DNA of 64,000 nt, taken from Oscillospiraceae bacterium (GTDB lineage Bacteria; Bacillota; Clostridia; UMGS1883). A program made the position numbers and the translations under genes. Below are positions 47,234 to 57,286 of this stretch, one piece after another (the stretch's first letter is position 1; every line of letters begins with the position of its first letter). A model generated the notes under the pieces. That model did no database searches. It was not told the origin of the DNA and worked only from the letters and a program-made list of their open reading frames with translations. Location of the stretch: positions 9,735 to 73,734 of the forward strand of contig SVJW01000003.1 of the NCBI GenBank assembly GCA_015068735.1. Direction: 5' to 3'.

Positions 47234-47285
47234 ATAAAAACCTCCTTTTAATATAGTGAACGTCCGTCCACAGGAAAATTATTTT

Positions 47286-48173
47286 TTATCCTTTTACCGC
47301 ACCAATCATAACGCCCTTTACAAAGTACTTCTGTATAAAGGGATATACGCAAAGAATCGGTGCTGTTGCGATAACTATTACCGCATATTTGATACTTTCA
47401 CCTATTTGCTCTTTATCTCCGGCTCCTACGCCTTGCATCATGGAATCAGTATCATTCATAATGATAATCTGTCTTAAAATAAGCTGCAGTGGCCATTTTT
47501 GTGACTGACCCTGAAGATAAATCGATGCATTAAACCATGAGTTCCAGTAGCTTACTCCGTAATAAAGCGCTACTACTGCTACTGACGCTTTTATCAACGG
47601 AAGCATTATACTGAACAGTATCCTTATATGCCCTGCTCCGTCTATTCTCGCGCTCTCTACTAAACTGTCAGGAACTGAGTAAAATGCCGTTCTTAAGATT
47701 ATCATATTGTAAGTGTTGATCAATCCGGGAATAATCAGTGACCATAAGCTTCCTACCAGACCTATATCCCTAACCGCTATGTACATAGGAATCAATCCGC
47801 CGTTAAACCACATTGTAAACATTATCAGAATATTTGCAGGTCTTATAAATGCTGCATTTTTTCTGGAAAGACAGTATGCCGCTACTATGCTGAACAGCAT
47901 GCTCAATGTAACACCTACTACAACAACAAAAAGAGTATTCATATAGCCCGACAAAATGTTAGGATTGGCAAATGCCTTTTCATACGCACTTATTGTAAAA
48001 CCTATTGGTTTATACAACATATCGCCACCGAGTCTGGTTAAGGCCCCCGCATCACTGAAAGAAGCAAAAACCACATACAGGACAGGGTAAGCAGTAATAA
48101 CAATAAGGAAAAGCATAAACAAAGTATTGAATATTTCAAATGCTATCCTTGATTTACTTTTTTTGATATGCAT
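47286..48173 (-). CDS. Carbohydrate ABC transporter permease (MalG/LplC-like)
   Basis: 295 aa with 6 TM helices and the EAA-type loop ESARIDGAGHIRILFSIMLP. Confidence 0.88.
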   Translation of the reverse strand: MHIKKSKSRIAFEIFNTLFMLFLIVITAYPVLYVVFASFSDAGALTRLGGDMLYKPIGFTISAYEKAFANPNILSGYMNTLFVVVVGVTLSMLFSIVAAYCLSRKNAAFIRPANILIMFTMWFNGGLIPMYIAVRDIGLVGSLWSLIIPGLINTYNMIILRTAFYSVPDSLVESARIDGAGHIRILFSIMLPLIKASVAVVALYYGVSYWNSWFNASIYLQGQSQKWPLQLILRQIIIMNDTDSMMQGVGAGDKEQIGESIKYAVIVIATAPILCVYPFIQKYFVKGVMIGAVKG

Positions 48174-48185
48174 TTTTACCCCTCC

Positions 48186-49142
48186 TTACCACAAGCTGGT
48201 CTCACTTACACGCCTGCTTATCCAGTTCGTGAGTAATACCAATACACAGTTAATTACCGAGTTGAACAATCCTGCCGCTGTCGATAAACCGTATTCTGCG
48301 CCCTCTATACCGCGTTTATATATATAATAGGACAGAATTTCCGATGTTTCAGCATTGTAGGGATTTGTCAAAAGAATTATTTTTTCATATCCTACGGAAA
48401 TCAGGCTTCCCATTCTTAAAATAAGAAGTGTTATAATCGTAGGTGCTATCGAAGGAAGCGTTATTGACCAGGTCTGTCTGAGTCTTCCCGCTCCGTCTAT
48501 TGATGCTGCCTCGTAAAGTTCCTGGTCGACTCCTGCAAGTGCTGCCAGGTAAATTATTGAGCCCCAGCCTATCTCACGCCAAATATCTGATACGATATAA
48601 ATAGGGACAAACATGGAAGCATCATTAAGAAGCGATTCTTCTATATTTTTACCCGTCAACGCACTTACTATCTTGGTTATAAAACCGTCTGCTGCCACAT
48701 AGTTGGTAACCATACCGCAAATAACAACAAGCGATATGAAATGCGGAAGATATGTAATTGTCTGTACAGTCTTTTTAAAACGCGGCTTTGTAAGTTCATT
48801 CATAAGCAACGCCAATATAATGGGTGCCGGGAAGCCAAATATGAGACTGTATAAACTGATACGAATGGTATTTATAATATTACGGCTGAAATACGGATCA
48901 TTGAAAAAGCGTTCGTAGTTTTCAAAGCCAACCCATTCGCTTCCGCTTATGCCCCTTCGTATACTGTAGTCCTGGAACGATGCCAAAAGTCCATACATGG
49001 GCTTATAATGAAAGTATACATAAAAAGCCAGAATCGGAATCAACAAAAGGTATAAAGCGTAATTCTGCTTTAAGTCTTTTTTCAACCATGAGGCATTTTT
49101 ACCACTATGCAGTTGTCTGTTTATCTTTTTGGTATTCGCCAT
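48186..49142 (-). CDS. Carbohydrate ABC transporter permease (MalF/LplB-like)
   Basis: 318 aa with the EAA loop EAASIDGAGRLRQTWSITLP. Confidence 0.88.
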   Translation of the reverse strand: MANTKKINRQLHSGKNASWLKKDLKQNYALYLLLIPILAFYVYFHYKPMYGLLASFQDYSIRRGISGSEWVGFENYERFFNDPYFSRNIINTIRISLYSLIFGFPAPIILALLMNELTKPRFKKTVQTITYLPHFISLVVICGMVTNYVAADGFITKIVSALTGKNIEESLLNDASMFVPIYIVSDIWREIGWGSIIYLAALAGVDQELYEAASIDGAGRLRQTWSITLPSIAPTIITLLILRMGSLISVGYEKIILLTNPYNAETSEILSYYIYKRGIEGAEYGLSTAAGLFNSVINCVLVLLTNWISRRVSETSLW

Positions 49143-49186
49143 ATATGTCTCTCCTCAGATTATTAATCTTTCTTAAAGCTAAAAAA

Positions 49187-50800
49187 TTACTTAGAACGTG
49201 CTGCCGCTCTGTCATAAGCTGCCTGCTGAATTTCAATTGCTCTTTCAATTCCCAGCTTCTTTAACTGCTTATAATAATTATCCAATTCACTCAGGGGTAA
49301 TTTGCCTGAAATTATTTTTGCGATTGTTTCTTCGCGGTATGTATTAATAGGAGTCATAATGTCTGTATATTCTTTCTGTTCATCAGCTGTAAGATATACA
49401 ATAGGCATCTTATACTTTAATACATCCGATTCAAATTTTTCAAATGCTTCACTCTGTGTCGGATGCTGATAGAACTGACCGATATAATCTTTGCTCTGCA
49501 TAAAAGCACCTGAAGACCATATGTGAACATTAAGGCATTCTCCGAAGGTAAGACCGCCATTTTGCTTAGAGTCTTTCATCCAATCCATATAGGTGGGAAC
49601 TTGCCTTCCGTCTTTTTCCTCCATTGTATATGTAACGCCCTCTTTACCGAAGTTGGTCAGAAGGTATCCTTCATCAGAATATGCATAATCAAGCCAACGA
49701 GCTGCTATTTCCTTATTCTTTGAAGTTGCGGAAATAGCAACTGCATCCATTACAGGATGTGTCGCCTGAGTCCACATAGGTGTTTCTCCTTCATTCATTA
49801 CGGGAACAGTTGTAGCCACAAACTCGATTCCGCTACCCGGAGCCACAGAATTAATCCATGTTCCAAGGTTTCCGCCTACGCTACCTTCGATTGCTCCGCA
49901 CTCGCCGTTTGTTGCCAATGCATTTCTGCGATTATTGGCAGTATCTGCAAAATCTTTATCGAGAATACCGTCTTTGTACCACTTATTAAGAAGAGTAACA
50001 TAGTCTGCAAAGGCTTCCTCGTAGGGGCCATATTTTACTTCACCGTCTACATGATAGAAATCGCCCATTATGCCAAAGCAACCCATAAACGCACCAAAAA
50101 GGCTGAGATTCTCATTAGTTATACGGATGCTAAGGGGTACTTTAACACCCATATCTTTAAATGTATAAAGAACATTTTCCCAATCAGCAAGGGTTACAGG
50201 TTCCTCGAGACCTGCCTTGTCAAGCAAATCTTTACGGATAAATATGGAGGTATATGTAAGAAGATTATCAGCTTCCTTAAGCATAGGATACTGATAAAAA
50301 TCTCCCTCGTCTGTCATAAGCATATTTTCCCACTCCGGATGTTCCTGGAGGAGTTTCATAAGGTTTGGTGAAACCTTTTCATAATACTCATTCAAAGGTG
50401 TTATAACGCCGTCCTCAATAGCTCCGTTAGGTCCACCGGGATATGTAGACCACTGCCAGGAAATCATATCGGGCATATCATCGGAACTAACCATAATGTT
50501 AAATGCCGCACTTTCTTGTCCTGCAACAGGATGTTCGTACACTACATGAATACCTGTAGCTTCCTCGTACCATTTTGCAGCCTGGGTCTCCCCGTAATTT
50601 GTGCAGGAAGAAAGCACGCCTCCTGTCAGACTACTCCAATGGCGAAGAGTAACGTTCGTATCCTGCGGATAAGTGTCCGGAGTTGTAACTTTGTCAAGTT
50701 TTCCGTCTGCCACAAACGAATCATCTGATCCGCACGATGCAAAACACATAACGCACAGAACACATGCCAATACGATTGATATGACTTTTTTCTTTTTCAT
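49187..50800 (-). CDS. Extracellular solute-binding lipoprotein (large LplA-type sugar binding protein)
   Basis: Lipobox VMCFASCGS. 537 aa. It lies adjacent to the two permease genes. Confidence 0.85.
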   Translation of the reverse strand: MKKKKVISIVLACVLCVMCFASCGSDDSFVADGKLDKVTTPDTYPQDTNVTLRHWSSLTGGVLSSCTNYGETQAAKWYEEATGIHVVYEHPVAGQESAAFNIMVSSDDMPDMISWQWSTYPGGPNGAIEDGVITPLNEYYEKVSPNLMKLLQEHPEWENMLMTDEGDFYQYPMLKEADNLLTYTSIFIRKDLLDKAGLEEPVTLADWENVLYTFKDMGVKVPLSIRITNENLSLFGAFMGCFGIMGDFYHVDGEVKYGPYEEAFADYVTLLNKWYKDGILDKDFADTANNRRNALATNGECGAIEGSVGGNLGTWINSVAPGSGIEFVATTVPVMNEGETPMWTQATHPVMDAVAISATSKNKEIAARWLDYAYSDEGYLLTNFGKEGVTYTMEEKDGRQVPTYMDWMKDSKQNGGLTFGECLNVHIWSSGAFMQSKDYIGQFYQHPTQSEAFEKFESDVLKYKMPIVYLTADEQKEYTDIMTPINTYREETIAKIISGKLPLSELDNYYKQLKKLGIERAIEIQQAAYDRAAARSK

Positions 50801-50824
50801 AAAAATTCCCTTTCCTTTCTATTT

Positions 50825-52900
50825 TTAATATTCTAAAATTAACATTTTGAAAAGCTCAAGCTTTTCTATATGCAAATTAATTACACCGTTATTCATACTG
50901 AATTCAACAGGTTCATCATCGGGTGCAGATAGAACCTGTTTGATTTCATCGGGAACACACACTTTTACGTTTATTCCGTGAACATCCACCGGTGGAAGTT
51001 CTTTTTGGAAGTTCAGAAGATTAAGCACGTAGCGTCTTCTTTCAGGCTGTTTATAAAGCGTAATTTCCACACACTGCGGAGCGTCAGCCTCAAAATACAG
51101 CTTTTCGGGAAGCACATAAGAAAGAGCACGCATAAATGCATTTTCTCTTTCATAAACAGCTTCCGTTTCAATGGCACCGGCGCTGTAAATCACCTTGCCT
51201 TTTCCATACTCACCATACACTATTGACGGATACTCCGTATGTATTCCGGGAGGATTTGCAATAGCTGATGCAAATTTTTCCTTATCAGCAGGGTTTGTGT
51301 AAACGCGTGTCAGTTTTGCAAGAACAGTTCTATCATCTGAAGCTTTCACAAGTGTCTGACTGCAATTAAAGCTAAGAGGATGTTCACGAGTAAAATCACC
51401 TGTGACAATGCCGCCATTTTCAGGGCGCATATAGGTAATACTTTCATCGGTTCTTCCCGTGAATTCAACTCCCAACACATCTGAAAGTGCTCCTTCGGGA
51501 GATTTTTTTGCATCGCCGTCATAAAGAGCAACATATCCCGAAGCATAAAGATTTCCGCCATTTCTTACAAATTCTCTGATAGCATCTTTTTCCTCCTCGT
51601 CAAGAGTAATTGTTTCAGGAAGAATGATTGTGTCGTACGAGCCGAAATCTTTTATATCGAATTTTGTAATTACGCTGAATGGAATATGCTTTTTAACAAG
51701 AGTTGCCGCGGCACCGCGTACTGCATTGGTATGGGGTGTTCCCCACATCAGTTCAAAAAGTTCTTTCCCGTTATCCTCCATATCTATAACGGAGGAGGGG
51801 CTTACATACAATCCAACATTACTGCAGAATTCCACCTCCGGAACAAGATACTTTTCATACGGTTTTTCCGTCTCGGCAAGAAGCTTCATTCTTTCCAGTA
51901 CCTTAGGATTGGTTGTTCCGCAAGGGTCGATTCCGTCTATAAAGCCGTAACGTCCATTATTCATAAGGCAGGAGAACATAAGAAGCTTCATCTTCTCCTC
52001 GCTTTTAAGAATTACGTGTTCGTTAAGAGACGGCTCCATTACAGAGCCTAAAAATTCAAAAGGCTTGTTTGCGGTTACGCTGTTAAACAGCTTACACTCC
52101 AAAGAATGCATCTCTCTGGAATCATTAAAGTCACCGCCTACAAATTCACTTTTGCGGTAATACTCAAGATCTTCACCAAGCCATCTGTTTTCAAGATATG
52201 AGCAATTACACATTACTGTATGGTCAGGGTCGTAGGATTTTACCTTGCTTATAATCGCATCGTAAAACTCGCTTACCCATTCTTCTCTTTTTCTGATATA
52301 TGCATTCCACTCGGGTGAATCCCAGTTTACAACAGAGGGAAGTTCATACCCTGTTTCCTTTTTAAAACGGGCTTTACAATGGTCACAGGTACACATCGTT
52401 CTCCAGAGAATCATATCAACCCAAAGACCTTTGAATTTATATGATGTGCAAAGTTCATCAACCAGCCCCAGTACATAATCACGGTAAGGAGAGTTAAGAC
52501 ACAGCACCCCGTAACGCCCCGGCTGGTTATACATATATTCTCCGCTGCCTCTGCCCTGTGGGTCTTTACAGCGCCACTCAGGATGAAGGTCATAGATATA
52601 TTTTGACCAGATATTTATGTAAACAATTACATTGATTCCTTTTTTTGCAAAGCCCTCTGTAAGTGCCTTTATTCGGTCCTGCCCCTTGTGTCCGTTATGC
52701 ATATGGCCAAGTTTGGTTGGCCAGTTACATATTCCCACGCAAGAATTTGCGTAAAGATACACCGAATCAATACCCGTTGCAGCCATATCCTCAACGTACC
52801 GTTCAGGATCAAACTTACTCATAAACTCCTCATTCCAATCGGGGATATGCATATCGGTAAGAAGTCTTAAATAACTGTTCTTATACCATTTTTCTGCCAT
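50825..52900 (-). CDS. Putative glycoside hydrolase (GHL6-like TIM barrel plus a GH42-type trimerisation/GATase-like middle domain)
   Basis: LRLLTDMHIPDW..GIDSVYLYANSC..GLWVDM is barrel-like. TIILPETITLDEEEKDAIREFVRNGGNLYASGY resembles the GH42 middle domain. There is no signal peptide. Confidence 0.55.
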   Translation of the reverse strand: MAEKWYKNSYLRLLTDMHIPDWNEEFMSKFDPERYVEDMAATGIDSVYLYANSCVGICNWPTKLGHMHNGHKGQDRIKALTEGFAKKGINVIVYINIWSKYIYDLHPEWRCKDPQGRGSGEYMYNQPGRYGVLCLNSPYRDYVLGLVDELCTSYKFKGLWVDMILWRTMCTCDHCKARFKKETGYELPSVVNWDSPEWNAYIRKREEWVSEFYDAIISKVKSYDPDHTVMCNCSYLENRWLGEDLEYYRKSEFVGGDFNDSREMHSLECKLFNSVTANKPFEFLGSVMEPSLNEHVILKSEEKMKLLMFSCLMNNGRYGFIDGIDPCGTTNPKVLERMKLLAETEKPYEKYLVPEVEFCSNVGLYVSPSSVIDMEDNGKELFELMWGTPHTNAVRGAAATLVKKHIPFSVITKFDIKDFGSYDTIILPETITLDEEEKDAIREFVRNGGNLYASGYVALYDGDAKKSPEGALSDVLGVEFTGRTDESITYMRPENGGIVTGDFTREHPLSFNCSQTLVKASDDRTVLAKLTRVYTNPADKEKFASAIANPPGIHTEYPSIVYGEYGKGKVIYSAGAIETEAVYERENAFMRALSYVLPEKLYFEADAPQCVEITLYKQPERRRYVLNLLNFQKELPPVDVHGINVKVCVPDEIKQVLSAPDDEPVEFSMNNGVINLHIEKLELFKMLILEY

Positions 52901-53223
52901 TTTTTCACTTCCACTTCTTTTTTCGCACAATCTGTTGTTAAGACGTAAGGCTTATGAGTTTGTGTCATAAGCCTGAAACGCCAATGTACATTTTTATTAT
53001 ACAGGTTCAAAAAGCAAGTAATCAATATATTTTCTTTAGTGCTTTGTAGGTTTATATTCTTTTTTTTAGATTTCACAAAAAAATGCTTGCTTTTATTTTT
53101 CAATTTATAAAATTTCTTTGTTACTATTTACAAGCTACTGTATGGGGTTTCACCTGTAAATTTTTTCTTTTAAAGTATAATTTTTACAACAAAAAATTAT
53201 ATTCTTTTTTATATTTTTATCAG

Positions 53224-53253
53224 TTGACAAAACAACCCCGTTCCAATTATAAT
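53224..53253 (+). promoter_or_regulatory. SigA-type promoter of the AraC-family regulator
   Basis: TTGACA, 18 nt, TATAAT, 35 nt upstream of the ATG. The SD is GAGGTGA. Confidence 0.55.
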
Positions 53254-53288
53254 TGGAGTGTAGACTTCTTCTGAATTGAGGTGATTTT

Positions 53289-54128
53289 ATGTATCCTGAT
53301 GATTTCACAACAGACTTTAACATTGATATAACCAACTACAACCTTTGGCCTGTTTATTCTGACCCACACAGCCATGATTATTATGAGCTTTATTTTCTTT
53401 TTCACGGAAGTACCAACTACACCATTGAGAATAATGTTTATCAAGTATCCGAAGGGGATATTGTCTGGATCCCCCCCAATGTGCCGCATTTCACTCGCCC
53501 TCATAATACGGAGAGGCACAAAAGAATGCTTATTTACATTAGATCGTCCATTATTGAGGAATATTTACAAAAGAAATCCGGTTTTGACAATTTTATTTCT
53601 ACCACACAGGTATTTCGCCCTTCCGAAAAAGAAAAGCGATATTTCAGAAATCTTTCAAATATTTTACTGGAAGAATTCTACAGCGAGCAGTCGTATTCGC
53701 AACAGATGTGCCGGGAAATTCTTATAAATATTCTTTTCCTCGTACAACGTATGTATGAGAAAACCTTATCTCAAAAGCCCAATACTAACTCATCTATGCC
53801 TGACCCCTCTATAGATTTAAAACTTTTACTTTCGTTTATCCAGATTCATTTCAGGGATGATATATCTCTCGACAGTCTTTCAAAACAGGTTAATCTGAAT
53901 CCTGCCTACATTTCATCATTATTCAAGAAATATTTTGGCTTTACCTTCAAAAAATATCTTATCGATTTGAGGTTAAAAGCCGCTATGGAAATGCTGAGAA
54001 CGACAAAAAAAAGCATTGAAACAATTGCTTTTGATTGCGGATTTAATTCATCAAATCACTTTTGCAAAACATTCAAGAGTAATGTAGGAATGCCACCGAA
54101 AATGTATAGAAACATCGGAAATAAATAG
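53289..54128 (+). CDS. AraC-family transcriptional regulator (N-terminal cupin sensor, C-terminal double HTH)
   Basis: C-terminal block SLDSLSKQVNLNPAYISSLFKKYFGFTFKKYL..IETIAFDCGFNSSNHFCKTFK. It is divergent from the glycan locus. Confidence 0.9.
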   Translation: MYPDDFTTDFNIDITNYNLWPVYSDPHSHDYYELYFLFHGSTNYTIENNVYQVSEGDIVWIPPNVPHFTRPHNTERHKRMLIYIRSSIIEEYLQKKSGFDNFISTTQVFRPSEKEKRYFRNLSNILLEEFYSEQSYSQQMCREILINILFLVQRMYEKTLSQKPNTNSSMPDPSIDLKLLLSFIQIHFRDDISLDSLSKQVNLNPAYISSLFKKYFGFTFKKYLIDLRLKAAMEMLRTTKKSIETIAFDCGFNSSNHFCKTFKSNVGMPPKMYRNIGNK

Positions 54129-54143
54129 TTCTGCGAAGATAAC

Positions 54144-54183
54144 AAAAAATCCTCACACCCCGTACGGGATGTGAGGATTTTTT
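54144..54183. terminator. Bidirectional terminator between araC-like and the ASRT-like gene
   Basis: AATCCTCACA..TGTGAGGATT with an inner CCC..GGG stem, an A-run on the 5' side and a T-run on the 3' side. Confidence 0.75.
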
Positions 54184-54196
54184 GCATATAAAACAA

Positions 54197-54565
54197 TCAG
54201 ATACAGCAATATCCTGTTGTGTAATAGCCCAGGTTATGGCGACGGTCAAGTCTGCCGAAGCATGCACACACGGGGATGTCGCTGTCAAGCTCTACTGAAT
54301 ACTGTCCTGAGGGAATCTGGAATTTTTCATCACAGATTGGTAAATCCATTCTGATACAGATTACTCTTTCAGCAGGAATTGTAAGATGAAGCCCTTTTAC
54401 GGGTTCTTTATCTTCAAAGTAGATATTCACGAGAATGTGAGCATCCTCTGTGTTTTTGTTTGTAATCATCATTGCTTCGTGACCGGGAAGCGACATATCA
54501 TCACCGTTTCCGGGGAGGTCACCGTCAATGAACATATAGTGCTGATAGCCTAATACTTTTTCCAT
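54197..54565 (-). CDS. Sensory-rhodopsin-transducer (ASRT) family protein
   Basis: 122 aa. TEDAHILVNIYFEDKEPVKGLHLTIPAERV parallels my recollection of the Anabaena ASRT block DEDAHVEITIYYSDKEPVGPYRLTVPARR. An AAGGAG SD lies 8 nt upstream of the ATG. Confidence 0.65.
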   Translation of the reverse strand: MEKVLGYQHYMFIDGDLPGNGDDMSLPGHEAMMITNKNTEDAHILVNIYFEDKEPVKGLHLTIPAERVICIRMDLPICDEKFQIPSGQYSVELDSDIPVCACFGRLDRRHNLGYYTTGYCCI

Positions 54566-54583
54566 TATCTTCACTCCTTGGTA

Positions 54584-55756
54584 TTAAAGATCTTTCATGA
54601 AGTAGTCGCACATCTTGGGAGAAAGGGGACGGCAACCGTTATCTGTGATAACAAAGCCTGTTTCGATTCTTCCGCCGTGAAGGTCGGGATGACCGAAGAA
54701 GCTTACGTCTACCATAACTGTCATACCGGGAACGAGAACGAAGTCACCGTTGGGTCCGAAGAAGGGAGATTCAGCTTCCATAAGACCGATTGAATGAGCG
54801 AAAGGACATACAATATAGTCCTTAAGACCGTGCTTTTCGTAGTAGATACGTCCGGGAACGTCGATTTCACGTCCTGTCATTCCGGGTTTTAACATATCGC
54901 GGGTAAGACGGAAAGTTTCTCTCATATGGTTAAGAAGATCTTTCTGTTTCTGTGTGTAAACACCGTTTACGGGGATTGTATCACCGAAAGTACCTGCATA
55001 GCCGTTAAATCTGGGAGCAATACCAATCATAACAAGCTCGCCGTCTTCCATAACCTTGTTTGTAGCTGTGGGAACAACTGCTTTTGCTCTTTCACCGGAG
55101 CCAACAATTGTAGAATATGCAAAGCTTGTAGCGCCGTTTACACGGCAGATTGACTCACCTGCTGCCGCAACTTCAAACTCGTATGCACCGGGCTTGATTG
55201 CTGCAATCATCTTGTCGTATGCAAGGTCGCAAAGGTCGGTTGCTTTCTGAATCTGAGCTACTTCCCATTCGGACTTGTATGCGCGGAGTGTTTCGTATTC
55301 GTCTGTAATATCAACCATTTCAACTCCGTCAAAACCTGCCGCAAAGTCGCAGTATACCTGATGAGGAATCGTAGCAGTACCTACAAAACCGATTCTCTTA
55401 AGTACGGTACCCTCACTCTTAAGTTCCTCGTTAAGCTGCTTGAAATTGATGATTGTTGCGTTAGGATATTCCTCGTCGGGAACCATAAATACGGGGAAAC
55501 ATCTTACTTTTGTAATTGCTGAATTCATCTTTGCAAAGGGTTCTGATTCGGGGCCACCAAGAAGAATAGGCTCACCCTCAACGGGGATAAGAACGGAGCC
55601 CTTTTCAAACTGTCCGCACCAGCCTGTAAGATACCAGCCGTTTGCGATGTTGAGTTCGTCGAAGTAAACAAGAGCCGCATCGAGATTCTTTGCTTTTAAA
55701 ATCTCGCGAACCTGTTTAATTCTTTTTTCTGTTTCTGCCATGTTGTAGTATGCCAT
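54584..55756 (-). CDS. M24-family metallopeptidase (Xaa-Pro peptidase/creatinase-like)
   Basis: 390 aa with a creatinase-like N-domain and a pita-bread C-domain (HSIGLMEAESP, GMTVMVDV, GGRIETGFVIT). Confidence 0.8.
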   Translation of the reverse strand: MAYYNMAETEKRIKQVREILKAKNLDAALVYFDELNIANGWYLTGWCGQFEKGSVLIPVEGEPILLGGPESEPFAKMNSAITKVRCFPVFMVPDEEYPNATIINFKQLNEELKSEGTVLKRIGFVGTATIPHQVYCDFAAGFDGVEMVDITDEYETLRAYKSEWEVAQIQKATDLCDLAYDKMIAAIKPGAYEFEVAAAGESICRVNGATSFAYSTIVGSGERAKAVVPTATNKVMEDGELVMIGIAPRFNGYAGTFGDTIPVNGVYTQKQKDLLNHMRETFRLTRDMLKPGMTGREIDVPGRIYYEKHGLKDYIVCPFAHSIGLMEAESPFFGPNGDFVLVPGMTVMVDVSFFGHPDLHGGRIETGFVITDNGCRPLSPKMCDYFMKDL

Positions 55757-55783
55757 AATAAAATCCTCCTTTTGATTTTTATA

Positions 55784-57199
55784 TTATTTAAAATTATCTT
55801 CTATCGGGAACATTGGTCGGCGGATATTTTTCATATGCATATCCTCCAGTCTTTCTGTGGAACTTCCGGGGGTAAAAGCAAGAATTGACCTCTCCGCCTC
55901 TTTTGCAAGTTCCGGGAACAAATACCCAAGCTTTACCACCACAATTTTATATTTGCTATAGTCGAGATTTATTGATTCAAATATATCGGGGCGGCACATA
56001 GCTGCTCTGTTTTTCGTTATAACAACAGTCATATCACCGCAATCAACGGTTGCACTTTCGCCGGCATCTGCTCCCGTATATGAAAGTATATTGCCTCTGT
56101 GAACGACCTTACCGGTTATAACGGTGCTTTCACTTTTTACATCCAGGCTTGCTCCAACCTTAAGAGTTACCGTGTCGCCTATATTTACGCTGTAACACTT
56201 TTCACAAGCGTCGGAATCGGCAACACCTGCTATAAGCACATTTCTTGCTCCGGCTTCCTTTATTCGATTTATCATATACGCATTGTCACCTGCAGCACCT
56301 GCTGTGGTGTTGTCTCCCGAATCGGAAATGAAAACCTGTTTTTCACTTGCTTCCATTGCAAGACGGATTGCTTCATCCGGTTCTACCGCTTCTGTCAGGA
56401 ACTTAAAGTCGTGCCTTACTTCATAGAATTTGTCAGCAATTTCACGGGCATATTTTTTTGCGAGAAGTGAATCCGATTTGTGAGTTACCACAACGGCAGG
56501 GCCCATATAAGGAGCATCTATCCAGGGTTGACCGTTGAACACTTGCACAGACATCATTTCGGGAATGTTGTTCTCTATCTCCTCTGCCTTTTCCATTATG
56601 CTTTTAAGAGGTTCTAAGTCCGTTTGTACTGCGTCTCCGCAGATTACTACATTTTCCCTTTCAATTACAGGATGGGGTAGAATTTTTTCCTCAATACAGG
56701 TTATGAGATTCTGTGCCGCGCGGATTTGCGTTTCGGTATGGTCTCTGTGGGGCGCAGTCCGAAATGCCGTTACACAGTTTACCATATTTATAATTTCATC
56801 TGTATTGTCTGCGTGAAAATCCATTGCAACAGATATGGGAATATCATAGCCTACCTTATCCCTTATCATTTTTAAAAGGTATGTATCTCCTGAGCCAATT
56901 TCATCTACACACATCGCTCCGTGAAGATAAAGCCATATTCCGTCAATGCCGTCCTTGGGAACTGCATCTGTCAATTCCCCTGCAAGGCGGAGATAATCCT
57001 CCTTTATCACAGGCCCTCCCGGGAGTGCATGAGCATAAATTGTGGGTATTATTTCGCAGTCTCTTTCCTTAAAAAAATCCACCACTTTAATTTTTTCATA
57101 CATGGCTTCGCCCTTTGCATAGTCAAAGTCCTCATACCTCGTTTTTACTGGAGTAAGACTGTTTCCTTCGCACTGAAGCGACCCTATTACTATTTTCAT
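55784..57199 (-). CDS. M81-family (MlrC-like) metallopeptidase
   Basis: MKIVIGSLQCEGNSLTP and LYLHGAM..HADNT are typical of the MlrC N-domain (DUF1485), followed by an MlrC C-domain. The SD is AAGGAGGG. Confidence 0.75.
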   Translation of the reverse strand: MKIVIGSLQCEGNSLTPVKTRYEDFDYAKGEAMYEKIKVVDFFKERDCEIIPTIYAHALPGGPVIKEDYLRLAGELTDAVPKDGIDGIWLYLHGAMCVDEIGSGDTYLLKMIRDKVGYDIPISVAMDFHADNTDEIINMVNCVTAFRTAPHRDHTETQIRAAQNLITCIEEKILPHPVIERENVVICGDAVQTDLEPLKSIMEKAEEIENNIPEMMSVQVFNGQPWIDAPYMGPAVVVTHKSDSLLAKKYAREIADKFYEVRHDFKFLTEAVEPDEAIRLAMEASEKQVFISDSGDNTTAGAAGDNAYMINRIKEAGARNVLIAGVADSDACEKCYSVNIGDTVTLKVGASLDVKSESTVITGKVVHRGNILSYTGADAGESATVDCGDMTVVITKNRAAMCRPDIFESINLDYSKYKIVVVKLGYLFPELAKEAERSILAFTPGSSTERLEDMHMKNIRRPMFPIEDNFK

Positions 57200-57217
57200 A
57201 CGCAAACCCTCCTTTTT

Positions 57218-57233
57218 TTGCAAACGTTTGCAA
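57218..57233. promoter_or_regulatory. Perfect 16-bp palindromic LacI-type operator upstream of the peptidase operon
   Basis: TTGCAAACGTTTGCAA lies immediately upstream of the M81 gene SD, downstream of a TGGTATATT extended -10 element. Confidence 0.7.
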
Positions 57234-57286
57234 ACCTTGTTGAAAATATACCAAAATGCTCCTTACGGAATCATTTTGGCGTATTT

